64,000 nt of DNA from Vulcanimicrobiota bacterium. GTDB taxonomy: Bacteria; Vulcanimicrobiota; Vulcanimicrobiia; Vulcanimicrobiales; Vulcanimicrobiaceae. Made by a program: the position numbers and the translations under genes. The DNA lies in the NCBI GenBank assembly GCA_963777315.1, contig CAVZQC010000004.1:32001-96000 (forward strand). Direction: 5' to 3'. The notes beneath the pieces are model-generated. The model ran no database searches, was not told the DNA's origin, and saw nothing but the letters and a program-made list of their open reading frames with translations. Numbering within the stretch: the first letter of the stretch is position 1; every line of letters starts with the position of its first letter. This document shows positions 1 to 8,023 of the stretch, one piece after another.

Positions 1-2
1 AC

Positions 3-983
3 GACGTCGACGACATTCGCATCGAGGAGCGCGACGTCCCGGCGATCGGCCCCGGAGAATTGCTCGTGCAAACACGCGCGAGCGGCATCTGCACCGGCGA
101 TGTAATGGGTTGGTACATTCGCCGCAAAGCTCCGCTGGTGCTGGGGCACGAGCCGGCCGGCGTGATAGCAGCGGTAGGGAGTGATGGAGCGCAGCACGGC
201 TTCAAGGTCGGCGATCGCGTCTTCGTGCACCATCACGCGCCATGCTTGGAGTGCCGCGCGTGTGCGCGAGGCGATTACGTCCAATGCGCGACGTGGCGCA
301 AAACCGCGATCGTTCCGGGTGGACTGGCTGAATATTTCCGCGTTCCGGCAGAAAACGTGGCGGACACGCTGCGGTTGCCGGACAGCGTACCCTTTGCGGA
401 TGCCGCTTTGGTCGAGCCGCTGGCCTGCGTCGTGAAGTCGCTGCGGCGCAGCGGTCTGCGGCGCGGCGATCGAATGCACGTTATCGGGCTGGGCGTGATG
501 GGCCTCATGCACGCACTCGTCGGCCGGCACATGGGCGCGGACGTTTCAGGCACTGACTTTCTGGAAGACCGGCGCGCATTTGCCCGAGGTTTGGGCGTGC
601 GCGAAATGGCGCCGTCCGAACCGTTCGACGGTGCCGACGTCGTAATTTGTGGTCCCGGTTCCGCTCAAGCCTTGCGCGATGCGATTGCCGCCGCGGCGCC
701 GGCCGGAACCGTGGTGATGTTTGCGCCGATCGAACCCGGCGTAGCACTCACCCTGGACCCAAACGATTTGTACTTTCGCGATATTCGTCTTATTGCCAGC
801 TACTCGTGCGGACCTAACGATACGCGCGAGGCGTTGAATCTGATTATGCGCCGTGTGGTCACGGCGCAGCTCTTGGGCGCGGTGCTGTATCCGCTGAACG
901 AAACTGCGCAGGCCTATTCGGCACTGCGCAGCTGCGAAATCACCAAGCCGATCGTAACGTTTCAGCCGTCGCTTTTCGACTAA
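3..983 (+). CDS. Zinc-dependent alcohol/sugar-alcohol dehydrogenase (MDR family), 5' end runs off the window
   Basis: GICTGD, GHE, CxxCxxC...C structural Zn, GLGVMG Rossmann motif; frame open back to position 3 (DVDDIRIEERDVPAIGPGELLV). Confidence 0.9.
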   Translation, partial: DVDDIRIEERDVPAIGPGELLVQTRASGICTGDVMGWYIRRKAPLVLGHEPAGVIAAVGSDGAQHGFKVGDRVFVHHHAPCLECRACARGDYVQCATWRKTAIVPGGLAEYFRVPAENVADTLRLPDSVPFADAALVEPLACVVKSLRRSGLRRGDRMHVIGLGVMGLMHALVGRHMGADVSGTDFLEDRRAFARGLGVREMAPSEPFDGADVVICGPGSAQALRDAIAAAAPAGTVVMFAPIEPGVALTLDPNDLYFRDIRLIASYSCGPNDTREALNLIMRRVVTAQLLGAVLYPLNETAQAYSALRSCEITKPIVTFQPSLFD

Positions 984-986
984 AAC

Positions 987-1559
987 CTACGCGACGGGTT
1001 TGCCGGTTTGCCAAACCGATGCGATCTGCGCCCGGCTTGCCGCCACGTCGGTGGATGTAATGGGCAGCCCGGTTTGCTGGAGATCGCGCACGACAACCTC
1101 GGGCATAGCGCGTCCGATGTCCATGATGGTTTCGGCGTAGTCGCGCATGTGACGTTCCGCCAACTGAGCAATCTCCGGCGCCCCGTACGCATTTGCGGTC
1201 GAGAGGAGCATGCCGTAGGAAACAGTGCATAGCGAAAGCGCGGTGTAATCGTCGCGCAACGCTTTGGCGATCTTCGTTTTGCGCATTTTGTCGATCGCGC
1301 TTGCAAACCACCCTTCAATGCTCGAAACGGTGCCCTTGACCGCATGCGCCTCGTGACCGCCCGCGGCGGCAAGCGCCGAACGCAGCGACTGAATGTGCGC
1401 GTTGGATAGGTCACTCAAGCGCCGAAGGAGCGCATCGGCCCCGGGATAGTCGGGAAGGTCTTGGTCGTTGAGCTGCGTCTCGAACGGCACGCGCACGTGC
1501 TCTTCGAGTGCCAGCATGTCGCTGATATACGTCTGTAAACTGTGTTGAATGTCGGCCAT
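987..1559 (-). CDS. Ferritin-like DUF892 (YciE/YciF-like) protein
   Basis: All-helical 190 aa; YISDMLALEEH and ERHMRD resemble ferritin-like di-metal helices. Confidence 0.65.
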   Translation of the reverse strand: MADIQHSLQTYISDMLALEEHVRVPFETQLNDQDLPDYPGADALLRRLSDLSNAHIQSLRSALAAAGGHEAHAVKGTVSSIEGWFASAIDKMRKTKIAKALRDDYTALSLCTVSYGMLLSTANAYGAPEIAQLAERHMRDYAETIMDIGRAMPEVVVRDLQQTGLPITSTDVAASRAQIASVWQTGKPVA

Positions 1560-1829
1560 AGTCCAGACCCCTTACCCAACTCGGCTCCTGCGCCTTGAAT
1601 GGCTGGGAAATAATGCCGGCTACCAGCCGCTCGCATGCACTTGGCGCGCCGACGGGACCTTGTTACGTGGCTTGGCTGCAAGCGGACTGCTGTACTGACG
1701 TTGGCGTGCTTGCGGGGCTCCAGCTCAGCCGAACGCAGAAACCCCACGCAGGACGGCTTGGGCTGAGGGAAACCCCACAAGAAGGGCAAGTCAAGGGAGC
1801 GCCACCTTCAAGACCGTCCGCCGCTTGGG

Positions 1830-1899
1830 CAGGTTTTGTACGATAAAAGCGACTTAACAGGCGCTTTTTTGTGCAGCGTGCCGATTTTGTGAGCAGGCG
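1830..1899. repeat. Left copy of ~70-bp degenerate inverted repeat with CTGC(A/T)(C/T)ACAAAA-type sub-repeats
   Basis: Aligns by eye with the reverse complement of 3076-3146; sub-motifs at 1865-1876 and 1885-1896. Confidence 0.6.
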
Positions 1900-2137
1900 A
1901 ACAAGGGGACTGGCTTTAGCCAATCCCCATCCGTAACTTCAAGAACGTCAACCTGCTGGAAAGAGCATGAACTAGAAGGGGCTGTTTCGCAAGACCGATT
2001 ATACCGCGGGCTCATCGTTAAGCGTCGGCTCAATAAACGCGGACGACTGCAGAGCCTGCACTCCCACACGATAAGGGGCGCTTTTTGAACGTGAGGTCGG
2101 CGCGCTGCGAACGCGATGGATAGTCTATGCGTCTACC

Positions 2138-2308
2138 GACAAGCGGGGAATTTGCCCGGTCTGTAAGGGGCACTTCGATATAGGCGACATGGACGCCGAT
2201 CATATTACCTATGGAGTCGAGTAAGGCGGCAAGACAGTGAGTGAGAACTGTCAGATGCTTTGCAAGCCCGATAATAGGGCCAAAGGCGGCAGGTGGTCCG
2301 GCAAGTAA
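2138..2308 (+). pseudogene. HNH endonuclease C-terminal remnant
   Basis: Reads DKRGICPVCKGHFDIGDMDADHITYGVE*GGKTVSENCQMLCKPDNRAKG: CxxC, DH, GG, N and N motifs of HNH, with an internal stop and no start. Confidence 0.75.
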
Positions 2309-2314
2309 GCCCGG

Positions 2315-2353
2315 TGTTGTCATATTGACAGCATTGGATAATCCTGATATTCT
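2315..2353 (+). promoter_or_regulatory. sigma70-type leaderless promoter and operator of higBA
   Basis: TTGACA 2325-2330, 17 bp, TATTCT 2348-2353, GTG start 6 nt later; palindrome TGTTGTCA-tat-TGACAGCA (2315-2333) overlaps the -35. Confidence 0.7.
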
Positions 2354-2359
2354 CGGTCC

Positions 2360-2647
2360 GTGAGGATGTTGGGCGGCGTTGAATTGCAAGCCGGCGCGCG
2401 CAAACACGCAGATGCCGCCAAGCCGTTGTCGCTTTGGCGAAAAATCGTCTTGAGCGCACGATGGGAGTCGCTCGTGCAGTTGCACGGGGACTTTCCATCG
2501 GCCGACTACGTTAGGCCGTTCACGGTGTTTAATATTGGGGGCAACAAGTACCGCCTGATAGCCGTCGTAGACTACGCCGACGGCGTGGTGACGATTCGAG
2601 CGTTCCTAACTCACGCTGAATACACGAAGGGTAGGTGGAAAAAATGA
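2360..2647 (+). CDS. higB: Type II toxin-antitoxin HigB-family toxin
   Basis: FPSADYV...VFNIGGNKYRLI...FLTHAEY signature. Confidence 0.9.
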   Translation: MRMLGGVELQAGARKHADAAKPLSLWRKIVLSARWESLVQLHGDFPSADYVRPFTVFNIGGNKYRLIAVVDYADGVVTIRAFLTHAEYTKGRWKK

Positions 2648-3052
2648 CGGCTGTAGCAGAACGAGAGTACGGAGCTTTGCTCCAAGAGCGACGCCCGCAC
2701 GTGATTCGCTCGAAACGCGCGTACAGCGAAGCGATGCGCGAAATAGAGGCATTGGCGATTCGCGGCAGCGCGCGTTCGTCTGCGGAGACGGAATACTACC
2801 GGGTTCTCTGCGCCTTGGTGGCGGACTACGAACGCTCCGTTGGCGCGGATGAGTGGGAAGTCGAGATGGCGCCGCTCGAAGCGTTGCGAGAGCTTATGGA
2901 GCTGAAAGGGCGTTTCTCAGGCGCAAGTGGCGGAAGCCATCGGGGATCGCGGAAACACGTCGGCTATTCTCAGCGGGCGGAGAAAAATCAGCAAAGCGCA
3001 GGCAAAGGTGCTTGCGAAGCTTTTCCGAGTGGACGCCGGGCTATTTATTTAG
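2644..3052 (+). pseudogene. higA: HigA antitoxin with apparent +1 frameshift at ~2905-2911 (possibly a sequencing error)
   Basis: ATGA overlap with higB; removing one base from AAAGGGC restores HTH VSQAQVAEAIGDRGNTSAILSGRRKISKAQAKVLAKLFRVDAGLFI*. Confidence 0.8.
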
Positions 3053-3075
3053 GGCGGTGCTTTCCCGTTCCCGAG

Positions 3076-3146
3076 CGTCTGCACACAAAATTCGCGCCAC
3101 TGCATACAAAAAGGGAGCCCGCCGAGCCATTTTCTGTGCAAAGCCG
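3076..3146. repeat. Right copy of ~70-bp degenerate inverted repeat
   Basis: CTGCACACAAAA 3079-3090, CTGCATACAAAA 3100-3111, inverted copy 3130-3141. Confidence 0.6.
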
Positions 3147-3201
3147 ACCTGACTCACCAGGGTGCCACACAGGTGGAACAGCCCAAGTATAGGCTTGGAG
3201 C

Positions 3202-4512
3202 ATGGAAACGCCGACCACTCTCCTCCAAGCCGTGACATTCTTTTCCGATCCCGAGCGAGCGTTTGAGTACGCGGTTAAACTGCGCTGGCCGAACGGTATC
3301 GCGTGCCCGCGCATGGGCTGCGGATCGGCAGCGGTACAGTTTATCTCGACCCGCAAGATTTGGCGCTGCAATGAGTGTAAGCGACAGTTTTCCGTAAAAA
3401 CCAAAACTATCTTTGAGGAATCCCCCCTGTCGTTCACCAAATGGCTTCCGGCGATTTGGTTCCTGGCGAATACCAAGAACGGCACATCCTCGCACGAACT
3501 TGGCCGCGCCCTGGGCGTAACGCAGAAAACGGCGTGGTTCATGTTCCATCGTATTCGCGAAGCCATGAAAACGGACGACGGCGCAGCCTTTTCCGGCGAG
3601 GTCGAAGCGGACGAAACCTTCGTCGGCGGCAAAACGCGCACGAATTACTTTTCGCGCAGCGGCTTTCGCAAACTCAAGCACGGACCGGCGACCGGCAAAA
3701 CGACGGTCTTCGGCATGGTTGAGCGCAGCGCCCAGAAAAAACACAGCCGCGTTCGCGCCTTCGTCGTTCCGAACCACAAGGCGTCCGTCTTGTTGCCCAA
3801 GATTTACGCGAACGTCGAGCTCGGCTCGGTTCTCTATACCGACGCCCTTCGGTCGTATCGGCAAGTCGTTCCCGACTACGTTCACGCCTTCGTGGACCAC
3901 TCTATCCGCTACGTTGACGGCCACGTTCATACGAACTGCATCGAAAACTTTTGGTCGTGCCTCAAGCGGACAATCAAGGGGACGTACATCGCTCCGCGTC
4001 CGTTCCACTTAGACCGCTACATCGACGAACAGGTGTTCCGCTTCAATGCCCGCGAGGGCGACGACGCGCAGCGGTTCCTGAATGTACTCAAGAACAGCGA
4101 CGGCAGGCGTGTGACGTATAACGTCTTGCGGAACGAGAACGCGAAACTGCGCGAGGGCAGCGCGGACCTATTCATCAGCCTCCGGCTCTTCCTCGGTAAT
4201 CTCGTCGGTATCGTCGCCGTCTTCTTTTGGGGCCTGGAACAGTTTTCGGCCCAAGTCCTCGAATCGCTTCATGGCTTCATCGCCGTTTACATCGTCATTC
4301 ATTTCGTGCACCTACTGCTCGTCTTTCGGCACAAAGTAGATCAACTTGTACATGACACCGAACCCGGTTTGGCGGCGCGAGCCGTTGCCTTGCACCTCAA
4401 ACCGGCTAATGCGAAACTGAATATGCCTTTCCCCGGGAGCAAGCGCCAAAAAAGGACCACGAGAACATGCCGCCCTGAGATTGGTCGACATAGCCATTAT
4501 TTTCGATACTGA
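3202..4512 (+). CDS. IS1595-family (ISXO2-like) transposase; last ~110 aa are probably read-through antisense to passenger ORFs
   Basis: Zn ribbon CPRMGC/CNEC, T.FE.S, VEADETFVGG, LYTD, HTNCIENFWS, YIDEQVFRFN. Confidence 0.9.
   Translation: METPTTLLQAVTFFSDPERAFEYAVKLRWPNGIACPRMGCGSAAVQFISTRKIWRCNECKRQFSVKTKTIFEESPLSFTKWLPAIWFLANTKNGTSSHELGRALGVTQKTAWFMFHRIREAMKTDDGAAFSGEVEADETFVGGKTRTNYFSRSGFRKLKHGPATGKTTVFGMVERSAQKKHSRVRAFVVPNHKASVLLPKIYANVELGSVLYTDALRSYRQVVPDYVHAFVDHSIRYVDGHVHTNCIENFWSCLKRTIKGTYIAPRPFHLDRYIDEQVFRFNAREGDDAQRFLNVLKNSDGRRVTYNVLRNENAKLREGSADLFISLRLFLGNLVGIVAVFFWGLEQFSAQVLESLHGFIAVYIVIHFVHLLLVFRHKVDQLVHDTEPGLAARAVALHLKPANAKLNMPFPGSKRQKRTTRTCRPEIGRHSHYFRY
4168..4302 (-). CDS. 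Small acidic hypothetical protein (44 aa), absent from the ORF track
   Basis: MNDDVNGDEAMKRFEDLGRKLFQAPKEDGDDTDEITEEEPEADE*; AGGTG upstream; directly follows the passenger gene stop at 4312. Confidence 0.5.
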   Translation of the reverse strand: MNDDVNGDEAMKRFEDLGRKLFQAPKEDGDDTDEITEEEPEADE

Positions 4513-4969
4513 TCGGCGGTCGAAACATGTACGAACGGACCGGCTCAATGTGCCAATAGATGTGAAGTTTACCCTGCGCCGGAAAAACGAAATCGGCTTG
4601 CAGTTCTTGGCCGAATGGATATTGCAAGGGGAATTGATCGATCCAGGGCAACTTCTTTAGGTTGAAATCCCACAGAAGCGATTGCTCCTGAACCGCTTGG
4701 ACGCGAGCGTTGTGCGCCGTCCAACGCTCTACAGTGCTGTTTTTTGGGTGGGACAGCGAATAGAACCCAAGCGCGCAAAGGACTAGGCTTGCAAGGGACA
4801 GCGCCAGCATGACTTTTTCTCTGCCCGTGGGCCGCTCAAGGAGCCCGGCCTTAGCCACGAACTTCTTCGCAACCCGATGGTCGATGCGGAAATAGGCGAG
4901 CGGAGCACCTAGGGCGCCGATAATTGCCAGAATAAATTCGATGTGCGCCGCCATGCTGGCTAGGTCCAT
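4312..4969 (-). CDS. Membrane-anchored hypothetical passenger protein, probably split by an extra base in the A6 run at 4448-4453
   Basis: Two hydrophobic segments in ORF 4406-4969; one-base deletion joins it to the 4312-4548 frame (SFLALAPGERHIQ...PKDEQ*). Confidence 0.5.
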
Positions 4970-5022
4970 ATATCGCGAGGCGCTTAAATCCGCTTGGTGA
5001 GTCAGGGAGTCAGGTATATCAA

Positions 5023-5053
5023 CTTGACAATTGTTAAGCCCGCGGCGTAACCT
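5023..5053 (+). promoter_or_regulatory. Leaderless sigma70-type promoter of the rib/pur cluster with palindromic operator
   Basis: TTGACA 5024-5029, 18 bp, TAACCT 5048-5053, GTG 6 nt later; CTTGACAATTGTTAAG (5023-5038) is a 7/8 palindrome. Confidence 0.7.
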
Positions 5054-5059
5054 TTTGGC

Positions 5060-6490
5060 GTGCCGCCCTTCGCTGAAGAGCTCAAAACCGCCATGGATGC
5101 GGCCGGCCTATCGGCTGCCGACTTGTCCGAGCGCAGCGGCTTAACGGAGGCGGCTATTTCGTATCTGCGTTCGGGTCAGCGCGAACCATCGTATCGTTCG
5201 CTTCAACGGCTCACGCAGGTGCTGCCGGATCTGGCCGGCACGCTCGAACGCGCTTCGCCCTTCGACTCGATCGACGACGCCGTCAAAGACATTCGAGCCG
5301 GCAAGATGGTCATCGTGCTCGACGACGAGGATCGCGAAAACGAGGGCGACCTGGTGATGGGCGCGCAGATGATCACCCCGGACGCCGTCAACTTCATGCG
5401 CAAGCACGCGGGCGGATTGATTTGCGTGCCGATGATCGGCAAGCGGCTGGACGAGCTGCATCTGCCGCAGATGGTCTCCGAGAACAGTGCCGTGCACGAA
5501 ACCGCATTCACCGTTTCGGTTGAAGCGCGCGGCCGAACCACCACGGGTATTTCAGCACACGATCGCGCCGCGACGATTCAAGCGCTGCTCGATCCGGCGA
5601 CGAAACCGTCGGACCTGCTGCGTCCCGGCCATACGTTTCCGCTGCGTGCACGGGAAGGCGGCGTGCTGGTGCGCGCCGGACAGACCGAAGCGTCGGTCGA
5701 TTTGGCGCGGCTGGCTGGCCTGTATCCCGCCGGCGTTATCTGCGAGATCATGGCCGAGGACGGCACGATGGAGCGGCTCGACGGACTGATCGCGTTCGCC
5801 AAACGCCATCAGCTCAAACTCGTCACGGTCAAGGATCTCATCGCACACCGCTGGCGCAACGAGAAACTGCTCAAACGGATCGCCGAGTTCAAGCTGCCCG
5901 CACACACGGGTACCTGGACGGGCTACGCATTTGAGAATACGATCGACGCCAACACTCACGTCGCGCTGGTCATGGGGGACATCGGGGACGGAAAGGACCT
6001 GCTGGTGCGGGTCCACTCCGAGTGTCTGACGGGCGATGCGCTGCATTCGCTTCGCTGCGACTGCGCCGCGCAGCGCGACGGCGCGATGCGAATCATCGCC
6101 AAAGAAGGCCGCGGCGTCTTCTTGTACCTGCGCCAGGAAGGACGCGGAATCGGCCTGGCCAACAAATTGCGCGCGTACCAGCTGCAGGATCAAGGCGCCG
6201 ACACGGTCGAGGCAAATCTTGCGCTGGGTCTTCCCGTCGATAAGCGGGACTACGGCATAGGATCGCAGATCCTGGCCGACTTGGGGGTGCGGGACATGCG
6301 CATCATCACCAACAATCCGCGCAAGATTTTCGGCCTGGAGGGATACGGCTTGAAGATCGTGGGCCGCGTGCCGATGCACACTGAACCGACGCAATACAAT
6401 AAGCGGTATATCGCAACGAAACGCAGCAAATTGGGTCACATGTTCGAGGAGCCCAAGGCCGGTCCGCTGCCGCACGGCGATCACGCGTGA
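5060..6490 (+). CDS. ribBA: XRE-type HTH fused to bifunctional DHBP synthase / GTP cyclohydrolase II
   Basis: N-terminal ~60 aa HTH; DDEDRENEGDL, RPGH, GQTEA (RibB); RVHSECLTGD, RCDC, QEGRGIG, TNNP (RibA). Confidence 0.95.
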   Translation: MPPFAEELKTAMDAAGLSAADLSERSGLTEAAISYLRSGQREPSYRSLQRLTQVLPDLAGTLERASPFDSIDDAVKDIRAGKMVIVLDDEDRENEGDLVMGAQMITPDAVNFMRKHAGGLICVPMIGKRLDELHLPQMVSENSAVHETAFTVSVEARGRTTTGISAHDRAATIQALLDPATKPSDLLRPGHTFPLRAREGGVLVRAGQTEASVDLARLAGLYPAGVICEIMAEDGTMERLDGLIAFAKRHQLKLVTVKDLIAHRWRNEKLLKRIAEFKLPAHTGTWTGYAFENTIDANTHVALVMGDIGDGKDLLVRVHSECLTGDALHSLRCDCAAQRDGAMRIIAKEGRGVFLYLRQEGRGIGLANKLRAYQLQDQGADTVEANLALGLPVDKRDYGIGSQILADLGVRDMRIITNNPRKIFGLEGYGLKIVGRVPMHTEPTQYNKRYIATKRSKLGHMFEEPKAGPLPHGDHA

Positions 6491-6984
6491 CCGGTGCGGC
6501 CAAAGCGAATGCGATTGACTGCAGCGGCAAACGCTTTGCAATCATCAGCGCGCAATTCTACGAAGATGTGGCGGCGTGGCTCGAGGACGGTGCGCGCCGC
6601 GCTTTGGCCGACTGCAACGTGCGCGAGGAGGACATCGCGCGCTATCGCGTTCCCGGATGCTTCGAGCTGCCGCCGGCAGCCAAACGACTGATCGAAGCGG
6701 ATGAGAAGTTGGATGCGCTGGTCGCGCTCGGTGCTGTCGTGCGCGGACAGACGCCGCACTTCGAATACGTGGCCGGAGAGTGCGCGCGAGGCATCATGAC
6801 CGTGCAAATTGCAACCGGCGTCCCCATTGGATTCGGCGTGCTTACGACCGAGACGCTCGACCAAGCGCAGGAGCGGGCCGATCCGGCACGCGGCGACAAG
6901 GGGTATCATGCCGCCATTGCGGCGGCGATTTTGCTGCACGTGCCCGAAGAAACGGCACCCAAGGCATTAGGCTTTCGGGCATAG
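6487..6984 (+). CDS. ribH: 6,7-dimethyl-8-ribityllumazine synthase
   Basis: VPGCFELP, LGAVVRGQTPHFEYV, FGVLT, ERA, DKG. Confidence 0.95.
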   Translation: MTGAAKANAIDCSGKRFAIISAQFYEDVAAWLEDGARRALADCNVREEDIARYRVPGCFELPPAAKRLIEADEKLDALVALGAVVRGQTPHFEYVAGECARGIMTVQIATGVPIGFGVLTTETLDQAQERADPARGDKGYHAAIAAAILLHVPEETAPKALGFRA

Positions 6985-7006
6985 CAGCGCCAAAAGAGGC
7001 TGTAAT

Positions 7007-8023
7007 TTGCAAAACCGCAACCGCGTAGAGACCATTCGCTGGACCGGTGACGCCATCGAGTACATCGATCAGCGGCTGCTTCCGCACGAAGAAGTGGTGC
7101 GGCGCGCGGGCACCGTGGACGAAATCGAAAACGCGATCAAAACGCTGGCCGTACGCGGCGCACCGTGCATAGGCGTGTTCGGCGCATACGGCGTTGCTCT
7201 GCTGCGTCACGTGCTCGACGACGGGGCCGCCTTCCACGCCGCGGTGCATCGGATAAAAAATGCGCGCCCCACCGCCGTGAATCTCACGTGGGCCATCGAT
7301 CGCGTGCTGCGCGCGCAGGACATGGTTGCCGAAGCCCACGCCATTCACGCCGAGCAGCGCGACGTCGACCGGCGAATCGGCGAAGCCGGGGCCGAGTTGA
7401 TCTGCGACGGTGCGACGGTTCTCACGCACTGCAATACCGGCCCCCTCGCCACTGCCGGTGAAGGAACTGCGCTGGGCATTATCATCGCGGCTGCCCGAAC
7501 CGGCAAACGCCTGCGCGTATTCATCGATGAAACGCGTCCGCTGCTGCAAGGAGCGCGCCTAACGTACTACGAGCTCGAGCAGGTTGGGGTCGATGCGGTT
7601 CTAATCGTCGACTCTGCCGCCGCGATGACGATTCAGCGCAAAGGAGTCGACGCCGTTCTGGTAGGCGCGGACCGCATCGCCTGCAACGGCGATACGGCCA
7701 ACAAGGTCGGCACGTACGCCCTGGCAATCGCTGCTGCGCATCACGGCATTCCGCTTTATGTGGCCGCGCCGCGTTCGACGTTCGATTTCTCGCTGCGCGC
7801 CGGCGCGGACGTCGAGATCGAAGAGCGCGCAGCCGACGAGGTCACCGCGTACAACGGCACGCGCACGGCGCCGGAAGGGGCTCACGCATACAATCCGGCG
7901 TTCGACGTTACGCCCGGCCATCTGGTGACGGCCTTCATCACCGAGTACGGGATCGTGCGGCCGCCCTATGCAGAATCGGTGCCGGATCTGCAGACGCGCC
8001 CCATCCTCACGGCGCCGGCATGA
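7007..8023 (+). CDS. mtnA: S-methyl-5-thioribose-1-phosphate isomerase
   Basis: DQRLLP, VRGAP, RPTAVNL, THCNTG, ETRPLLQGARLT, GADRI, ANKVGT, NPAFDVTP. Confidence 0.95.
   Translation: MQNRNRVETIRWTGDAIEYIDQRLLPHEEVVRRAGTVDEIENAIKTLAVRGAPCIGVFGAYGVALLRHVLDDGAAFHAAVHRIKNARPTAVNLTWAIDRVLRAQDMVAEAHAIHAEQRDVDRRIGEAGAELICDGATVLTHCNTGPLATAGEGTALGIIIAAARTGKRLRVFIDETRPLLQGARLTYYELEQVGVDAVLIVDSAAAMTIQRKGVDAVLVGADRIACNGDTANKVGTYALAIAAAHHGIPLYVAAPRSTFDFSLRAGADVEIEERAADEVTAYNGTRTAPEGAHAYNPAFDVTPGHLVTAFITEYGIVRPPYAESVPDLQTRPILTAPA

Larger units (their letters stand above)
3148..5020 (+). mobile_element. IS1595-family element carrying passenger ORFs (ends approximate)
   Basis: Transposase plus a 12-bp perfect inverted repeat CCTGACTCACCA (3148-3159) / TGGTGAGTCAGG (4995-5006), followed by a second GAGTCAGGT (5007-5015); no target duplication identified. 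Confidence 0.7.

Noticed and set aside
1560..1600. SigB/SigF-like GGGTAA upstream of the DUF892 gene, also seen before the FNT gene
   Set aside because: No consistent -35 element or spacing between the two sites
1830..3146. Island repeats as CRISPR, integron attC or pdif sites
   Set aside because: No regular repeat-spacer array, attC core sites or XerC/D 11-6-11 consensus seen
4170..4512. Transposase with a C-terminal membrane domain
   Set aside because: The hydrophobic tail is the antisense reading of the acidic and passenger ORFs
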